Positions 39,484 to 49,703 of a stretch of 64,000 nt of DNA are shown here, in pieces. The position numbers and the translations under genes were made by a program. Source of the DNA: Bdellovibrionia bacterium (GTDB lineage Bacteria; Bdellovibrionota; Bdellovibrionia; Bdellovibrionales; JAGQZY01); the NCBI GenBank assembly GCA_030424715.1, contig JAUHWH010000010.1, positions 15,543-79,542 on the forward strand. The letters run 5' to 3'. The notes under the pieces were generated by a model, which was not told where the DNA came from, did no database searches, and saw only the letters and a list, made by a program, of their open reading frames with translations. How positions within the stretch are numbered: the stretch's first letter is position 1; each line of letters begins with the position of its first letter.

Positions 39484-40287
39484 ATGAGTAAGAAAGACAA
39501 AAAGAAAAAAGATTTTGATAAATACTGGTACTACAATAAGTCCGTGCAGTCGGCCGATGTGGACGTGCAGTTTTTCTTGAGCTCATACAAAGAACTGAAA
39601 GAAAAACAGCCCAAAACTTTTCGAGAAGACTTCTGTGGAACATTCAAACTCAGTTGTGAGTGGGTTAAGCTAGACGATCAATTCGAATCATTTGGTGTCG
39701 ATCTCGATCCAGAGCCTATCGAGTACGGTAAGGCTCACTATCTTCCGAAGCTTACTGAAGAGCAGCAAGGGCGTATTCATATCCAAGAGGGCAATGTGCT
39801 GGATGATGGCTTGCCGAGCACCGACATCATCGCGGCCTGTAACTTCAGCTACTTTATCTTCAAAGAGCGAGACACCCTGAAGCAGTACTTCAAAAAAAAT
39901 CTATCGGCCCTCAATGACGACGGGATTTTGATTCTCGACATCTTTGGTGGTTCTGAATGTTACGAACCTAACGAAGAAGAGACCGAGCACGATGGGTTTT
40001 CCTACTTCTGGGACCAAGACTCTTATGATCCCGTGACGAACGAAGCCATGTTTTATATCCATTTCAAACCCAAGGGGCAGAAAAAGGTAAAGAAGGCTTT
40101 TACCTACGACTGGCGTTTGTACTCCATCCCTGAGATTCGTGAGATCCTACTAGAAGCGGGCTTTAAAAATGTCCATGTGTACTGGGAAGGCACCGATGAA
40201 GATGGCGAGGGTGACGGCGAGTTCGAGCGAGTGACCAAAGGCGAAGACTGCGAAAGCTGGGTGGCTTATATCGTAGCGGAGAAGTGA
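39484..40287 (+). CDS. Class I SAM-dependent methyltransferase
   Basis: YNKSVQS, REDFCGT, GVDLDPEP, NFSYFIF, FTYDWRLYS. Confidence 0.8.
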   Translation: MSKKDKKKKDFDKYWYYNKSVQSADVDVQFFLSSYKELKEKQPKTFREDFCGTFKLSCEWVKLDDQFESFGVDLDPEPIEYGKAHYLPKLTEEQQGRIHIQEGNVLDDGLPSTDIIAACNFSYFIFKERDTLKQYFKKNLSALNDDGILILDIFGGSECYEPNEEETEHDGFSYFWDQDSYDPVTNEAMFYIHFKPKGQKKVKKAFTYDWRLYSIPEIREILLEAGFKNVHVYWEGTDEDGEGDGEFERVTKGEDCESWVAYIVAEK

Positions 40288-40416
40288 TCCCCAATCCTTC
40301 GATTTTTAGGCTGGACGTTAGATGATGCTTAAGGTCCAGCTGCTTAAGTTGCTGTATTTTTTAATTGTTTTTCAAACCACTGCAGCCGGCCTTTGGCCTA
40401 GTTTCTTCTAAATGTC

Positions 40417-40444
40417 TTAATATAAAACAGGATTGTGCCGATTT
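40417..40444 (+). promoter_or_regulatory. Putative sigma-28 promoter
   Basis: TTAA-N16-GCCGATTT, 7 nt before ATG 40452. Confidence 0.5.
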
Positions 40445-40451
40445 GATACAT

Positions 40452-41381
40452 ATGAGTAGGTGCGTCCTTTTTTTGGCCATTTTGTGTCTTCTAACTTCTT
40501 GTGGGAAAGAGCAGGGAGACGTTTTGTCTTTTGCTTCAGAAAGTGGTTCCAGCACGAACACACCTTACTTGGTCTTGAACGGTCAAGATGGCAATCATCG
40601 CGGCTTTGCGTTTTATACCCTTGATGGTGAGTTTGTGGCCGGTGGTAATTTTCGCGCAGAAGGGGCGACCCCGAGAGGGATTGTGCCTTATTCGCCGACC
40701 TCGGTCTTAATGAGTCTCGATACCACCGACTCTATTTATGAAGTGGGTTTGGATGGGACAAAAACTTTGTTTCACGGGTCGGCTCAGTTTAGTGGTGGGA
40801 TATATGATTTGGTGGTGGGAGACTCAGGGCGAGTCTACGCGATTGAAAACAATCGCATTGAGGTTTTTGATAGCCGAGGAGTTCGACTTGGCAGTTCCAC
40901 TATTGATACGACAGTTGGGAGCTGTGTTTTAAATGCTCCGCGAGGTATGACCTTAAATGCGAGCGGGCAATTGGTTGTGGTCAATCAAGGTGGATCTGAT
41001 GCGGTTCTAACCTATGATATCTCTGGTTTGAGTGCAACTTGTGTTAGCAGCGTTGCATTTGGAGATAATCCCTACGGTGTTCTACTGCACTCCAATGGAT
41101 CACTTTATATTACAACCCAAGGAGACGATCAGGTTTATCGAGCAGACCCAGATGGCTCAAATAGGGTAGCCATCTGGAGCACAGATACTGCGACTATTAA
41201 TAATCCTACAGGCATTGTTGAGCTGGCTAACGGTGATTTACTTATTGCGTCTTCGGCAACCGATACAGTCGAGAGAATTACGGTCGACGGGGTTCGTGTT
41301 GGGACAGAGCCTTTCATACGAGACACTCAAACTTTGAATATTGGTGATCTAGCCATCATTGGAGATGTTCCCATTGAATAA
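40452..41381 (+). CDS. Beta-propeller (NHL-like) lipoprotein
   Basis: Lipobox LTSC; repeats TPRGIV, APRGMTL, NPYGVLL, NPTGIVEL. Confidence 0.78.
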   Translation: MSRCVLFLAILCLLTSCGKEQGDVLSFASESGSSTNTPYLVLNGQDGNHRGFAFYTLDGEFVAGGNFRAEGATPRGIVPYSPTSVLMSLDTTDSIYEVGLDGTKTLFHGSAQFSGGIYDLVVGDSGRVYAIENNRIEVFDSRGVRLGSSTIDTTVGSCVLNAPRGMTLNASGQLVVVNQGGSDAVLTYDISGLSATCVSSVAFGDNPYGVLLHSNGSLYITTQGDDQVYRADPDGSNRVAIWSTDTATINNPTGIVELANGDLLIASSATDTVERITVDGVRVGTEPFIRDTQTLNIGDLAIIGDVPIE

Positions 41382-42036
41382 ATTGAGCTATCGGCTTCTA
41401 CCTTCTATTTTCTTCTTGTGCGGCGTTGTCGTTGGAAGTCCATTTGCTGAAGCCACTTCGCAGAATGGTTTGGGTTTTGAGTTGGGAGTCGGCTACTCTC
41501 AACTTTCAATTTCCGATTCATTACAAAATGCCAAGTACACAGGGGTGAGCGCTCAGGGGAATCTTCTTTTTCCTCTACTCGCATCAGGGGCTTTTTCGAT
41601 GGATCTAGATTTATCTTATCGTTACAACGCTGCCGAAAACAATGCAAGTAACGAAACACTGAGTGAATGGGCCCACTTTAATAGCTTTGGGTCTGGTGTT
41701 CGATTGAACTATTCATTTCTATTTGTTGGTTTTGACTATCTTTTTGCCAAGGGCAAGCATCTAAGAGCGGGTAGTAGCAACCAAATTTTTGAGTACGATT
41801 TTAACCCGATTCAATGGCACGCCGGTCTTGCATTACCACTAAGTCCGGTCACTTCCATTGTGATTGGTTATTCCCAGATGCTCAGCACCGAATTTTCGGT
41901 TCAAAACTCAAGTTTCTCAGTGAATGAACAAGTCTACTGGTTGCGTCTTCAAATTGACTTTGGAGTGAGCTTTTTTAACCTATTGAATCCGGGAGAGTCA
42001 TTTAAAACCACTCGGGATAGTTTCTTCGTTCGCTAA
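41374..42036 (+). CDS. Putative outer-membrane beta-barrel protein
   Basis: Signal peptide, amphipathic beta strands (FELGVGYS, LDLSYRY, GVRLNYS); TTG start with GGAG RBS. Confidence 0.6.
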   Translation: MNKLSYRLLPSIFFLCGVVVGSPFAEATSQNGLGFELGVGYSQLSISDSLQNAKYTGVSAQGNLLFPLLASGAFSMDLDLSYRYNAAENNASNETLSEWAHFNSFGSGVRLNYSFLFVGFDYLFAKGKHLRAGSSNQIFEYDFNPIQWHAGLALPLSPVTSIVIGYSQMLSTEFSVQNSSFSVNEQVYWLRLQIDFGVSFFNLLNPGESFKTTRDSFFVR

Positions 42037-42557
42037 GGTTGGCTAGTCTTGAGTTGATCCATGGTGAAGAGAGCCTTTAGGCTCAAGTCCATTCCCTGAA
42101 GTTTGCTATGGTCTCCTAGACTCCGATCAATGACGGCGACCACGTCTTTGATGATGGCCCCTTTTTCGCGAAGCATGCCGGTGCTAATAACAACCTGACC
42201 ACCAGTGGTGATGACATCTTCGACGATGCAAATGGTTTTCCCCTCAATGCTTGGACCCTCGGCAAACTGACAGGTGCCGTACTCTTTGGCTTCTTTGCGA
42301 ATAAAAACCATCTCTTTGCCGGTTTTCAATGCAATAGCGGTGGCGATAGGGATCCCCCCCATCTCCATCGCACCCAGCAGGTCAAAATTTTCGGGTAGAA
42401 GAGGAATGATACCGTCAGCAATTCGATTCAAAATTTCTGGTCGGGCTTCAAACTGATACTTGTCAAAGTACTCCGAGGATGTCTGCCCCGATCGCAACAA
42501 AAAAGACCCAGTTAAATGAGCCACATCAAAAACATCCTTAGCCAACTTACTATCCAT
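42033..42557 (-). CDS. pyrE: Orotate phosphoribosyltransferase
   Basis: FLLRSGQTSSEYFDKY, RKEAKEYGT, VEDVITTGG. Confidence 0.92.
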   Translation of the reverse strand: MDSKLAKDVFDVAHLTGSFLLRSGQTSSEYFDKYQFEARPEILNRIADGIIPLLPENFDLLGAMEMGGIPIATAIALKTGKEMVFIRKEAKEYGTCQFAEGPSIEGKTICIVEDVITTGGQVVISTGMLREKGAIIKDVVAVIDRSLGDHSKLQGMDLSLKALFTMDQLKTSQP

Positions 42558-42813
42558 CTGAACTCCCAAAAAATATAAAGTTTAAAACCAGCGAGCATCG
42601 AAACCATCGGTCTCAGAGAGCCAGCCAAATCAAGTTAAAAATAGCGACTCTTTGTACGGGCCCCGTAAAATCAAAGGAATGATAGTCAAAAACTTTCAAA
42701 AAGCCAACCACTGCCCGTGGGTTGCTGGCTAAAAAACAAGGACGCGTCTCCATTCTCTTCTCAAAGACGGTAGGATAGTGGGGAAAGACAGACCCAAAAA
42801 CGAAAGATCGGAA

Positions 42814-42920
42814 GATAGCCCAGAAAGACAGACTCAAACGCGAGTTCCCCAGCCAGAAATGCAAAGCATTTCGCCGGCGAGGGCCTGTCTGAGCGTTTGA
42901 GTCTGTCTTTCCGGGCTATC
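42814..42920. repeat. Inverted-repeat hairpin element
   Basis: 28-bp arms 42814-42841/42893-42920 (1 mismatch) with inner GAAATGC-AAA-GCATTTC hairpin. Confidence 0.8.
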
Positions 42921-42952
42921 GTACGGTGTTCGAAGACACGAGCCCGGTTCCA

Positions 42953-43282
42953 CTAAGAGCGGGCTGCCGTCTGCTGATTGGCCCAGTCTAAAAAAGCCTG
43001 GGAGGTTTTCGAGGGAGTGATTTGTAGGATACAGGGGCAATCATACGGGTGTCTCTCGGTCAGCAACGCTTCAACCTTGTGAGCTGCCGCCGCGGTGGTT
43101 TTAAGGATCATGATATGCTCTGAGTCTTCTTGCAGTTCGCCATCCCATTTGTAGAGGGCGAGGTGGGGAGGCATAAGGTTGGCACAGGCAATAAGGTTTT
43201 CTTGTAAAAGTCCCTTTGCGAGTTTGAGGCCGGACTCTTTGCTTGGCACCGGCACATAAAAAAGAACCAACTCCGCACTCAT
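42953..43282 (-). CDS. cutA: Divalent-cation tolerance protein CutA
   Basis: LIACAN, YKWDG, E..MILKT, HPYDCPCI. Confidence 0.9.
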   Translation of the reverse strand: MSAELVLFYVPVPSKESGLKLAKGLLQENLIACANLMPPHLALYKWDGELQEDSEHIMILKTTAAAAHKVEALLTERHPYDCPCILQITPSKTSQAFLDWANQQTAARS

Positions 43283-43283
43283 T

Positions 43284-44333
43284 TTAGCCCTTGTTGTCAG
43301 CGACATTGCGTTTTTGTTTGCGCTTTTTCCATTGTTCTAGAGCGTGTAAACGGAGGTCGGCCACGGAGTCAAACTCGTCGATGATTTCTACGCCCAACAA
43401 AGTTTCAATGGCATCTTCAAGAGTCACAATCCCCATGGTGGAACCGTAATCATCCACGACCAAGAAAATATGATCATTGCGATGGATCAGTTGATCGAGG
43501 CAGGCGGACACAGAAATGTCCTCGGGGACGCTGTGCAGACTGGTTTTAAGCTCTTTAAGTCTTTTCGTGTCGAGATCACTGCTCGAAGCTTCTAAAATTT
43601 GATAGCGATGGACGACACCTTCAATACGGTCCATATTGTCGTTGTAAACGGGGATGCGGGAGTATCGGATCGGTTTGTATTCTTTGATCACCTCTTCAAT
43701 GGTCTGTTCTTGATCGAGAGCAAACAGCACTGAACGAGGAGTCATGATGTCGTAAACAAAAATGTTATCGAGCATCAGTAAATTTTTAATAATATTGGAT
43801 TCTTTTTTCTTGAGGGCGCCATGACCGACTCCCATCTCCGCGGTGGCTATCATTTCTTCTCGGGTGAAGATGTTTTGGTCTTTGCCGCCCACCAGTTCTG
43901 AAACCTTCTCCATCAGAAAGACCAAGGGGTAGAGAATCACGATCATCAGTCGAATGGTGTAGGCGGTGAAGGGGGCAAAGCGTTTCCAGTTGGTTGCGCC
44001 GAGGGTTTTCGGAATAATTTCAGAAAAAACCAGAACCACAAAGGTCAAAATAGCCGAGGCAATAGCGACGAAGTCGTCGCCGTAGATCTTATTAACTTCG
44101 GACCCGACTCCGGCGGCGCCGACGGTGTGGGCAATGGTATTAAGAGTGAGGATCGCTGCTAGCGGGCGATCGATGGTATCTTTGAGCCCAGAGAGAATTA
44201 CGGCGTACTTCTTACCCTCCTTGATTTCCGTACCCAAGAAGCTTGGGCTCACACTCAAAATAACGGCCTCGAGCAAAGAGCACATAAACGATACAAAAAT
44301 AGCGAGAAAGAGGTAGGTAAAAAGAAGAGTCAT
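43284..44333 (-). CDS. CNNM/DUF21-CBS domain membrane protein
   Basis: SFMCSLLEAVILS, LTLNTIAHTVGAAG, FSEIIPKTLG, DIMTPR, VVDDYG..GIVTLEDAIE. Confidence 0.92.
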   Translation of the reverse strand: MTLLFTYLFLAIFVSFMCSLLEAVILSVSPSFLGTEIKEGKKYAVILSGLKDTIDRPLAAILTLNTIAHTVGAAGVGSEVNKIYGDDFVAIASAILTFVVLVFSEIIPKTLGATNWKRFAPFTAYTIRLMIVILYPLVFLMEKVSELVGGKDQNIFTREEMIATAEMGVGHGALKKKESNIIKNLLMLDNIFVYDIMTPRSVLFALDQEQTIEEVIKEYKPIRYSRIPVYNDNMDRIEGVVHRYQILEASSSDLDTKRLKELKTSLHSVPEDISVSACLDQLIHRNDHIFLVVDDYGSTMGIVTLEDAIETLLGVEIIDEFDSVADLRLHALEQWKKRKQKRNVADNKG

Positions 44334-44484
44334 CGTTGCATCAATGGGGGGTGAGGATGTTGGAGGCTTCTAAAGGCAAAAAGAGTGTCTTTTGTCATAA
44401 GAGAACTGAGAATAACAAAAGCTTCACGAGGAGAGCCACAGAAAAGCCTTTTGACGCAAAATATTAAGTGCCCGTTAGTATTCA

Positions 44485-45021
44485 CTATAGCTGGTTTTCG
44501 GAGTCTTTAAAAACTCGTGAGCCCACCGACTTACGTTGCCCTTGATACTTACCACGATAAGGTTTCAAAGCGGGAGCATCCATGGTGCCAAAAACCAATT
44601 GGCAAATCCGCCGTCCGGCTTCGAGCTCGATAGGGAAGGAGTTCGCGTTGTAGAGCTCAAGGGTGATTTTGCCCTCGAAGCCTGGGTCCACCCATCCGGC
44701 ATTTTGTATAAAAAGTCCCATACGGCCGATGGAGCTACGTCCTTCAACAAAAGAGACCATGTTATCCGGAAGTTTGATGTATTCCATAGTGGTCGCTAAC
44801 AGAAAAGTGTGGGGAGGGATGGTGATCTTGTCAGCCACAACCTCTTTGTATTGGATTTCTTCGGACATGGAAAGAACAGAGGTCTGTTCTTCCACAACCA
44901 AAAAGTGATCGCCGAGGCGACAATCCACCGAAGCGGGTTGAATGGACTCGGGGGTTATGGGCTCAATAACCAAATCCCCATTATCAATTAAACTTTTCAA
45001 CCCACCATCGGAAAGAATCAT
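44485..45021 (-). CDS. dcd: dCTP deaminase
   Basis: MILSD, QPASVD.RLG, EGRSSIGRMGL, AGWVDPGFEG.ITLE, Y.GKYQGQ. Confidence 0.95.
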   Translation of the reverse strand: MILSDGGLKSLIDNGDLVIEPITPESIQPASVDCRLGDHFLVVEEQTSVLSMSEEIQYKEVVADKITIPPHTFLLATTMEYIKLPDNMVSFVEGRSSIGRMGLFIQNAGWVDPGFEGKITLELYNANSFPIELEAGRRICQLVFGTMDAPALKPYRGKYQGQRKSVGSRVFKDSENQL

Positions 45022-47126
45022 TACTTTTTCTCCGCCGCTCGCTGTTCTTGATACTTTTTCGAAAGCTCTTCTTGGATACTGCGTGGCACTGGCGTGTACT
45101 TAGCAAATTCCATGGTGAACTCACCTTTACCCTGAGTGGCCGAACGAAGATCGTTCGAGTAACCGAACATCTCACTCAACGGGACTTCAGCGGTGACGGT
45201 CACAAAGGCCTCTTGGGTTTGTGTACCGGCAATGATTCCGCGCCGTTGGTTGATTTGTCCCATCACAGAACCTTGAAATTCTTCTGGAGCAGAGACTTCC
45301 ACTTTCATCATTGGCTCAAGGGCGGTCGGATTGGCTCTTTCATAGGCCTGTCGCATGGCTGCCATGGCACAGATTTTAAAGGCCATCTCACTAGAATCCA
45401 CATCATGGTACGAACCATCATCAAGGTCGACTTCGACGTTGACGATCGGAAAGCCGATGAGAGTTCCTTTTGCCAACTGATCTTGGAAGCCTTTTTCACA
45501 AGCCGGGATGTACTCTTTCGGAATACGTCCACCAACGATGTTGTTGTTGAAGCGAAAGTTCTCTTCTTCTTCGGGAGGAATGGGGCGGATTTTACCAACC
45601 ACTTTCGCAAACTGCCCGGAACCACCGGTTTGTTTTTTGTGCGTGTAATCGTAATCGGCTTCGGATCCAATGGTCTCACGATAAGCCACCTGAGGTTGAC
45701 CGGTCACCACTTCACATTTGAACTCACGCTTCATGCGTTCCACATAAACTTCAAGATGGAGCTCGCCCATACCTGAAATAATAGTTTCGTTGGACTCTTC
45801 GTCTCTGTGCACACGAAAGGTGGGGTCTTCTTTTCTGAACTTCTGTAATGCTTTTGAAAAGTTACTGGCATCGGACTTGTCTTTCGGAGACACTGCGAGC
45901 GAGATAACGGCCTCAGGAACATGCATCGATGTCATTGCGTAGTTCACTTTACCATCGGTAAAGGTATCCCCAGACGCACAATCCACACCAAACAGGGCCA
46001 CAATGTCCCCGGCGAAGGCCTCTTCAACGTCTTGCATTTCATCGGAGTTCATCTTTACCACTCGCGGAACTTTTAACTTTTTGTCCGTGGTGGTGTTAAA
46101 AATGAAGTCCCCTTTTCGAAGGGTTCCTTGGTACACCCGCATATAGGTCAATTGACCGTAGCGGCCGTCTTCAAGTTTAAAGGCCAAGGCAACCAATGGT
46201 TTTTCGTTCTCTGTTTTCAAAAGAACTTCTTCTTCATTGTTATTGATATCAAGCGCTTTGTTTGTGATGTCTTTTGGGTTTGGCAAATAACGAGTCACAG
46301 CGTTAAGCAGCAACTGAACCCCTTTGTTTTTGTAGGCGGAGCCCATGAAAACAGGAGTGAGGTCGAGGCTTAAAACACCAGCGCGAACCGCTTTGTGAAT
46401 TTCGTCTTCCGTTACGGGCTCGCCCTCAAGAACTTTGTTCATAAGGTCGTCATCGAACATGGAGACGGCTTCAAGCATTTCTTCGCGATATTTCGCCGCA
46501 TCGTCAGTCATGTCTGCAGGAATGTCGGCTTCTACGATTTTTTCTCCGTTAGGGCCGTCAAAGGTGTAGGCTTTCATGGTGACCAAGTCGACCACGCCAC
46601 GGTGGTCGTCTTCGGTCCCAATAGGAATTTGCATCATCACGGCATTGTGAGCGAGTTTCTCACGCAGCTGTTGAGTCACGCGGAAAGGGTTCGCCCCGGC
46701 ACGATCCAGTTTGTTGATAAAAGCTAAGCGGGGTACGTCGTAACGTTTCATTTGGCGATCCACCGTGATGGACTGCGACTGCACCCCAGAGGTTCCGCAA
46801 AGCACTAGGATGGCTCCGTCAAGAACACGAAGGGCTCGTTCCACTTCAACAGTGAAGTCAACGTGTCCGGGAGTATCGATAATGTTGATATTGGTATCAC
46901 CCCAAAAAACACTGGTGGCGGCCGATTGGATCGTGATTCCACGCTCCTTCTCGAGTTCCATGGAGTCCATTTTAGCTCCGACGCCGTCTTTACCACGAAC
47001 ATCGTGGATCGCATGAATTCGACCGGTGTAAAAGAGAATGCGCTCGGTGAGGGTGGTTTTCCCTGAGTCGATGTGCGCTGAAATACCAATATTACGAACT
47101 TTTTCTAGTTCCCACTTCTGTGCCAT
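45021..47126 (-). CDS. fusA: Elongation factor G (spdEFG1/mtEFG1-like paralog)
   Basis: [49 protein letters not shown]. Confidence 0.97.
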   Translation of the reverse strand: MAQKWELEKVRNIGISAHIDSGKTTLTERILFYTGRIHAIHDVRGKDGVGAKMDSMELEKERGITIQSAATSVFWGDTNINIIDTPGHVDFTVEVERALRVLDGAILVLCGTSGVQSQSITVDRQMKRYDVPRLAFINKLDRAGANPFRVTQQLREKLAHNAVMMQIPIGTEDDHRGVVDLVTMKAYTFDGPNGEKIVEADIPADMTDDAAKYREEMLEAVSMFDDDLMNKVLEGEPVTEDEIHKAVRAGVLSLDLTPVFMGSAYKNKGVQLLLNAVTRYLPNPKDITNKALDINNNEEEVLLKTENEKPLVALAFKLEDGRYGQLTYMRVYQGTLRKGDFIFNTTTDKKLKVPRVVKMNSDEMQDVEEAFAGDIVALFGVDCASGDTFTDGKVNYAMTSMHVPEAVISLAVSPKDKSDASNFSKALQKFRKEDPTFRVHRDEESNETIISGMGELHLEVYVERMKREFKCEVVTGQPQVAYRETIGSEADYDYTHKKQTGGSGQFAKVVGKIRPIPPEEEENFRFNNNIVGGRIPKEYIPACEKGFQDQLAKGTLIGFPIVNVEVDLDDGSYHDVDSSEMAFKICAMAAMRQAYERANPTALEPMMKVEVSAPEEFQGSVMGQINQRRGIIAGTQTQEAFVTVTAEVPLSEMFGYSNDLRSATQGKGEFTMEFAKYTPVPRSIQEELSKKYQEQRAAEKK

Positions 47127-47247
47127 AGTGCCTAGTCCTCAAAATCTATGAAATTGTTTAATTATTTAAGGGCTCTAAGTAGCACGAGATGACGAGCAGT
47201 GCAAAAAAAATGCGGATGAACTCTGGAGCCGGGTCATATATAATGGT

Positions 47248-48312
47248 TTGGTGCAGCATAATCACTCAGCCGACCATTGTCATGCCTCGAAAGGCCGCCC
47301 GGACTACCTCCTCTGGGGGAGCCTAGCCCTTATATTTTTGGCTTTTGGATACTGGGCGGCGTCTCATACGATCTGGGGCCCCGATATTGTTGGGGAGAGT
47401 CCTTGGCTGCGGGGCTCGACCACCGTGGTTCACCTGATGCACAAAATGATTTGGGGACTAATGTTCGCCATGGTGGTTGTGGGGCTGTTTGATTTCATCC
47501 CCCGCAGCAAGTTTCACCGGGTTTTAGGTCCTCCTTCGGGAGTTTCTGGAATCCTGAGGGCCACCCTCGCGGGCGTTCTTTTGGACTTGTGTAGTCATGG
47601 CATCTTACTGGTGGGCATGAAGCTATATGAGCGAGGCGCTAGTATCGGCCAAGTGGTGGCCTTTCTCGTCGCCTCGCCTTGGAACTCCTTTTCGCTGACA
47701 CTTATTTTGTGGAGCCTCATCGGGCTTCCACTGACCGTAGCCTTTATTGTTTGCTCTTGCTTTATCGCCATAGTGACCGGCCTGCTGTTCGAGTTTTTTG
47801 AAAAAAAAGGAACCCTCCCGCAGCACCCCCATCCTTTTGACGGAGCTCAAGGGAAAGACGAGCCCTGGTTGCAATTTCCGGAAACAGATAGTCGTTGGGA
47901 GCTGATTAAGATCATTGGGTATAGGAGCCTCGTTGAGTCGAAAATGATTTTGCGATGGATCTTTTTTGGCGTGATTCTGACGGCCGTCGTAAAAGAAGTC
48001 TTAAGTGTTGAAAACTTTCAAACCTATTTTGGACCCGACGCCACCGGTGTTTTATTGACGGTGCTGGCGGCTACGGTTTTAGAGGTCTGCTCTGAGGGGT
48101 CGGCACCACTGGCCTCTGAATTGGTGACCACCGCAGGGGCACCGGGAAATGGCTTTACCTTTTTAATGGCCGGTGTTTCCACAGATTACACTGAAATTAT
48201 GGCTTTAAAAGAAACCACCAAAAGTTGGCGAGTGGCTTTGTTTTTACCCTTGCTCACCTTACCCCAAGTCATTGTTATTGGTCTTTTGATGAACGGGATC
48301 ACGTTTTGGTAA
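47248..48312 (+). CDS. Putative permease (ArsP/DUF318 family)
   Basis: LDLCSHG and LEVCSEGSAP duplicated Cys-Ser motifs; multiple TMs. Confidence 0.8.
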   Translation: MVQHNHSADHCHASKGRPDYLLWGSLALIFLAFGYWAASHTIWGPDIVGESPWLRGSTTVVHLMHKMIWGLMFAMVVVGLFDFIPRSKFHRVLGPPSGVSGILRATLAGVLLDLCSHGILLVGMKLYERGASIGQVVAFLVASPWNSFSLTLILWSLIGLPLTVAFIVCSCFIAIVTGLLFEFFEKKGTLPQHPHPFDGAQGKDEPWLQFPETDSRWELIKIIGYRSLVESKMILRWIFFGVILTAVVKEVLSVENFQTYFGPDATGVLLTVLAATVLEVCSEGSAPLASELVTTAGAPGNGFTFLMAGVSTDYTEIMALKETTKSWRVALFLPLLTLPQVIVIGLLMNGITFW

Positions 48313-49703
48313 CCGCCCTGCAGGTTCTTAAAAAACACTGGAACTATGACCATTTTCGCCCTTTGCAACAAGAGGCCATTGATGGTGCCCTGTCTGGGCA
48401 GGACGCTTTGGTATTGATGCCGACAGGATCAGGAAAAAGTTTATGCTTTCAGGTGCCTTCGTTGTTAGTGGATGGCGTTGTGGTGGTGATTTCGCCTCTT
48501 ATCGCACTGATGAAGGATCAAGTCGACGATGCTCGCAAGCATGGGCTTAATGCGACCTATATTAACTCTTCGCTGACCAGAGAAAAACGAGAGAAGTCCT
48601 ATCGTGACTTAGCCGATGGCCGCCTGAAGCTGGTTTACGTCACCCCAGAGCGGTTTCGCAAGCAAGAGTTCTTAGATTGTTTTAAGAATATTGACGTCTC
48701 GCTAATGGCCGTCGATGAAGCTCACTGTATCTCCGAGTGGGGTCATGATTTTAGGCCCGACTACACTCGAATGAAAGAGATTCGAGCGGCACTGGGCGAC
48801 CCTCCGGTGATGGCGCTGACCGCAACAGCAACCCGCAAAGTGCAAATTGATATATTAGAAAAGTTAGGATTATCGGTGGGAACCCCGGTTTTTAATACCG
48901 GCTTTGATCGACCAAACTTGGATTTGCAAGTGCAAGAAGTCGTAGGTCTTGAAGACAAGGTGCGTGCCTTTGTATTTTTTCAGCACCAAACGCCGGGGGC
49001 GAAGATTGTCTATTTTTCGCTGGTGGACACTCTCAAGAAGTTCTCGGCCGAGCTCGAAAAACTCGGGGTGGACCATTTGATCTACCATGGGCAGCTCTCT
49101 AATGAGGCCCGCAAGCGCAATCAAAAAAAGTTTCAACGTGAAGAAACACCAATCATTTTAGCGACGCCGGCCTTTGGCTTGGGTGTCAATAAAGCCAATG
49201 TCAGAATGGTCATCCACGCCGAACTCCCAGGCAGTATCGAGGCCTATTACCAAGAAGTGGGGCGAGCCGGGCGGGATGGTCTGCCGGCTAAGGGGGTTTT
49301 GCTATACGACCCCGACGACATCAGCATACAGATGGACTTTATCAAATGGGCCAACCCTGATCCGTCGTTTATAAAGCAAGTGTATCGATTGATAGAGGAC
49401 AATCAGTTGCGAGTCCATGCCGAGGGTTATGATTTTTTACGAGACAAGATGCTTTTTTATCACAAAAGAGATTTTCGAGTGGAGACTGTGGTCAAACTTT
49501 TTGACCGCTGGGGTGTCCTTGATAATTTTCACAACTTTAGAGAATGGTCCTTGCTGGAGCCCATCCCAGATCATCTGCTGGATCAAGAAAGTCACGAGAT
49601 TCACTTAAAATCGCAACAGCAAAAGCTTTTAGAGCTTGTCGAACTCACTCGCGAGGGTGTTGATATCAAAGCTCAGGTGTTGGAGTACTTTCATGTTTCC
49701 TAA
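48306..49703 (+). CDS. recQ: RecQ-family ATP-dependent DNA helicase (short form)
   Basis: MPTGSGKSLCFQ, DEAHCISEWGHDFRP, TATAT, YYQEVGRAGRDG; start uncertain. Confidence 0.9.
   Translation: MVTALQVLKKHWNYDHFRPLQQEAIDGALSGQDALVLMPTGSGKSLCFQVPSLLVDGVVVVISPLIALMKDQVDDARKHGLNATYINSSLTREKREKSYRDLADGRLKLVYVTPERFRKQEFLDCFKNIDVSLMAVDEAHCISEWGHDFRPDYTRMKEIRAALGDPPVMALTATATRKVQIDILEKLGLSVGTPVFNTGFDRPNLDLQVQEVVGLEDKVRAFVFFQHQTPGAKIVYFSLVDTLKKFSAELEKLGVDHLIYHGQLSNEARKRNQKKFQREETPIILATPAFGLGVNKANVRMVIHAELPGSIEAYYQEVGRAGRDGLPAKGVLLYDPDDISIQMDFIKWANPDPSFIKQVYRLIEDNQLRVHAEGYDFLRDKMLFYHKRDFRVETVVKLFDRWGVLDNFHNFREWSLLEPIPDHLLDQESHEIHLKSQQQKLLELVELTREGVDIKAQVLEYFHVS

Noticed and set aside
44340-44484. c-di-GMP-I riboswitch suggested by GGCAAA and GACGCAAA words
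   Set aside because: Spacing and pairing do not fit the GEMM P1/P2 architecture, and the strand does not lead into a gene
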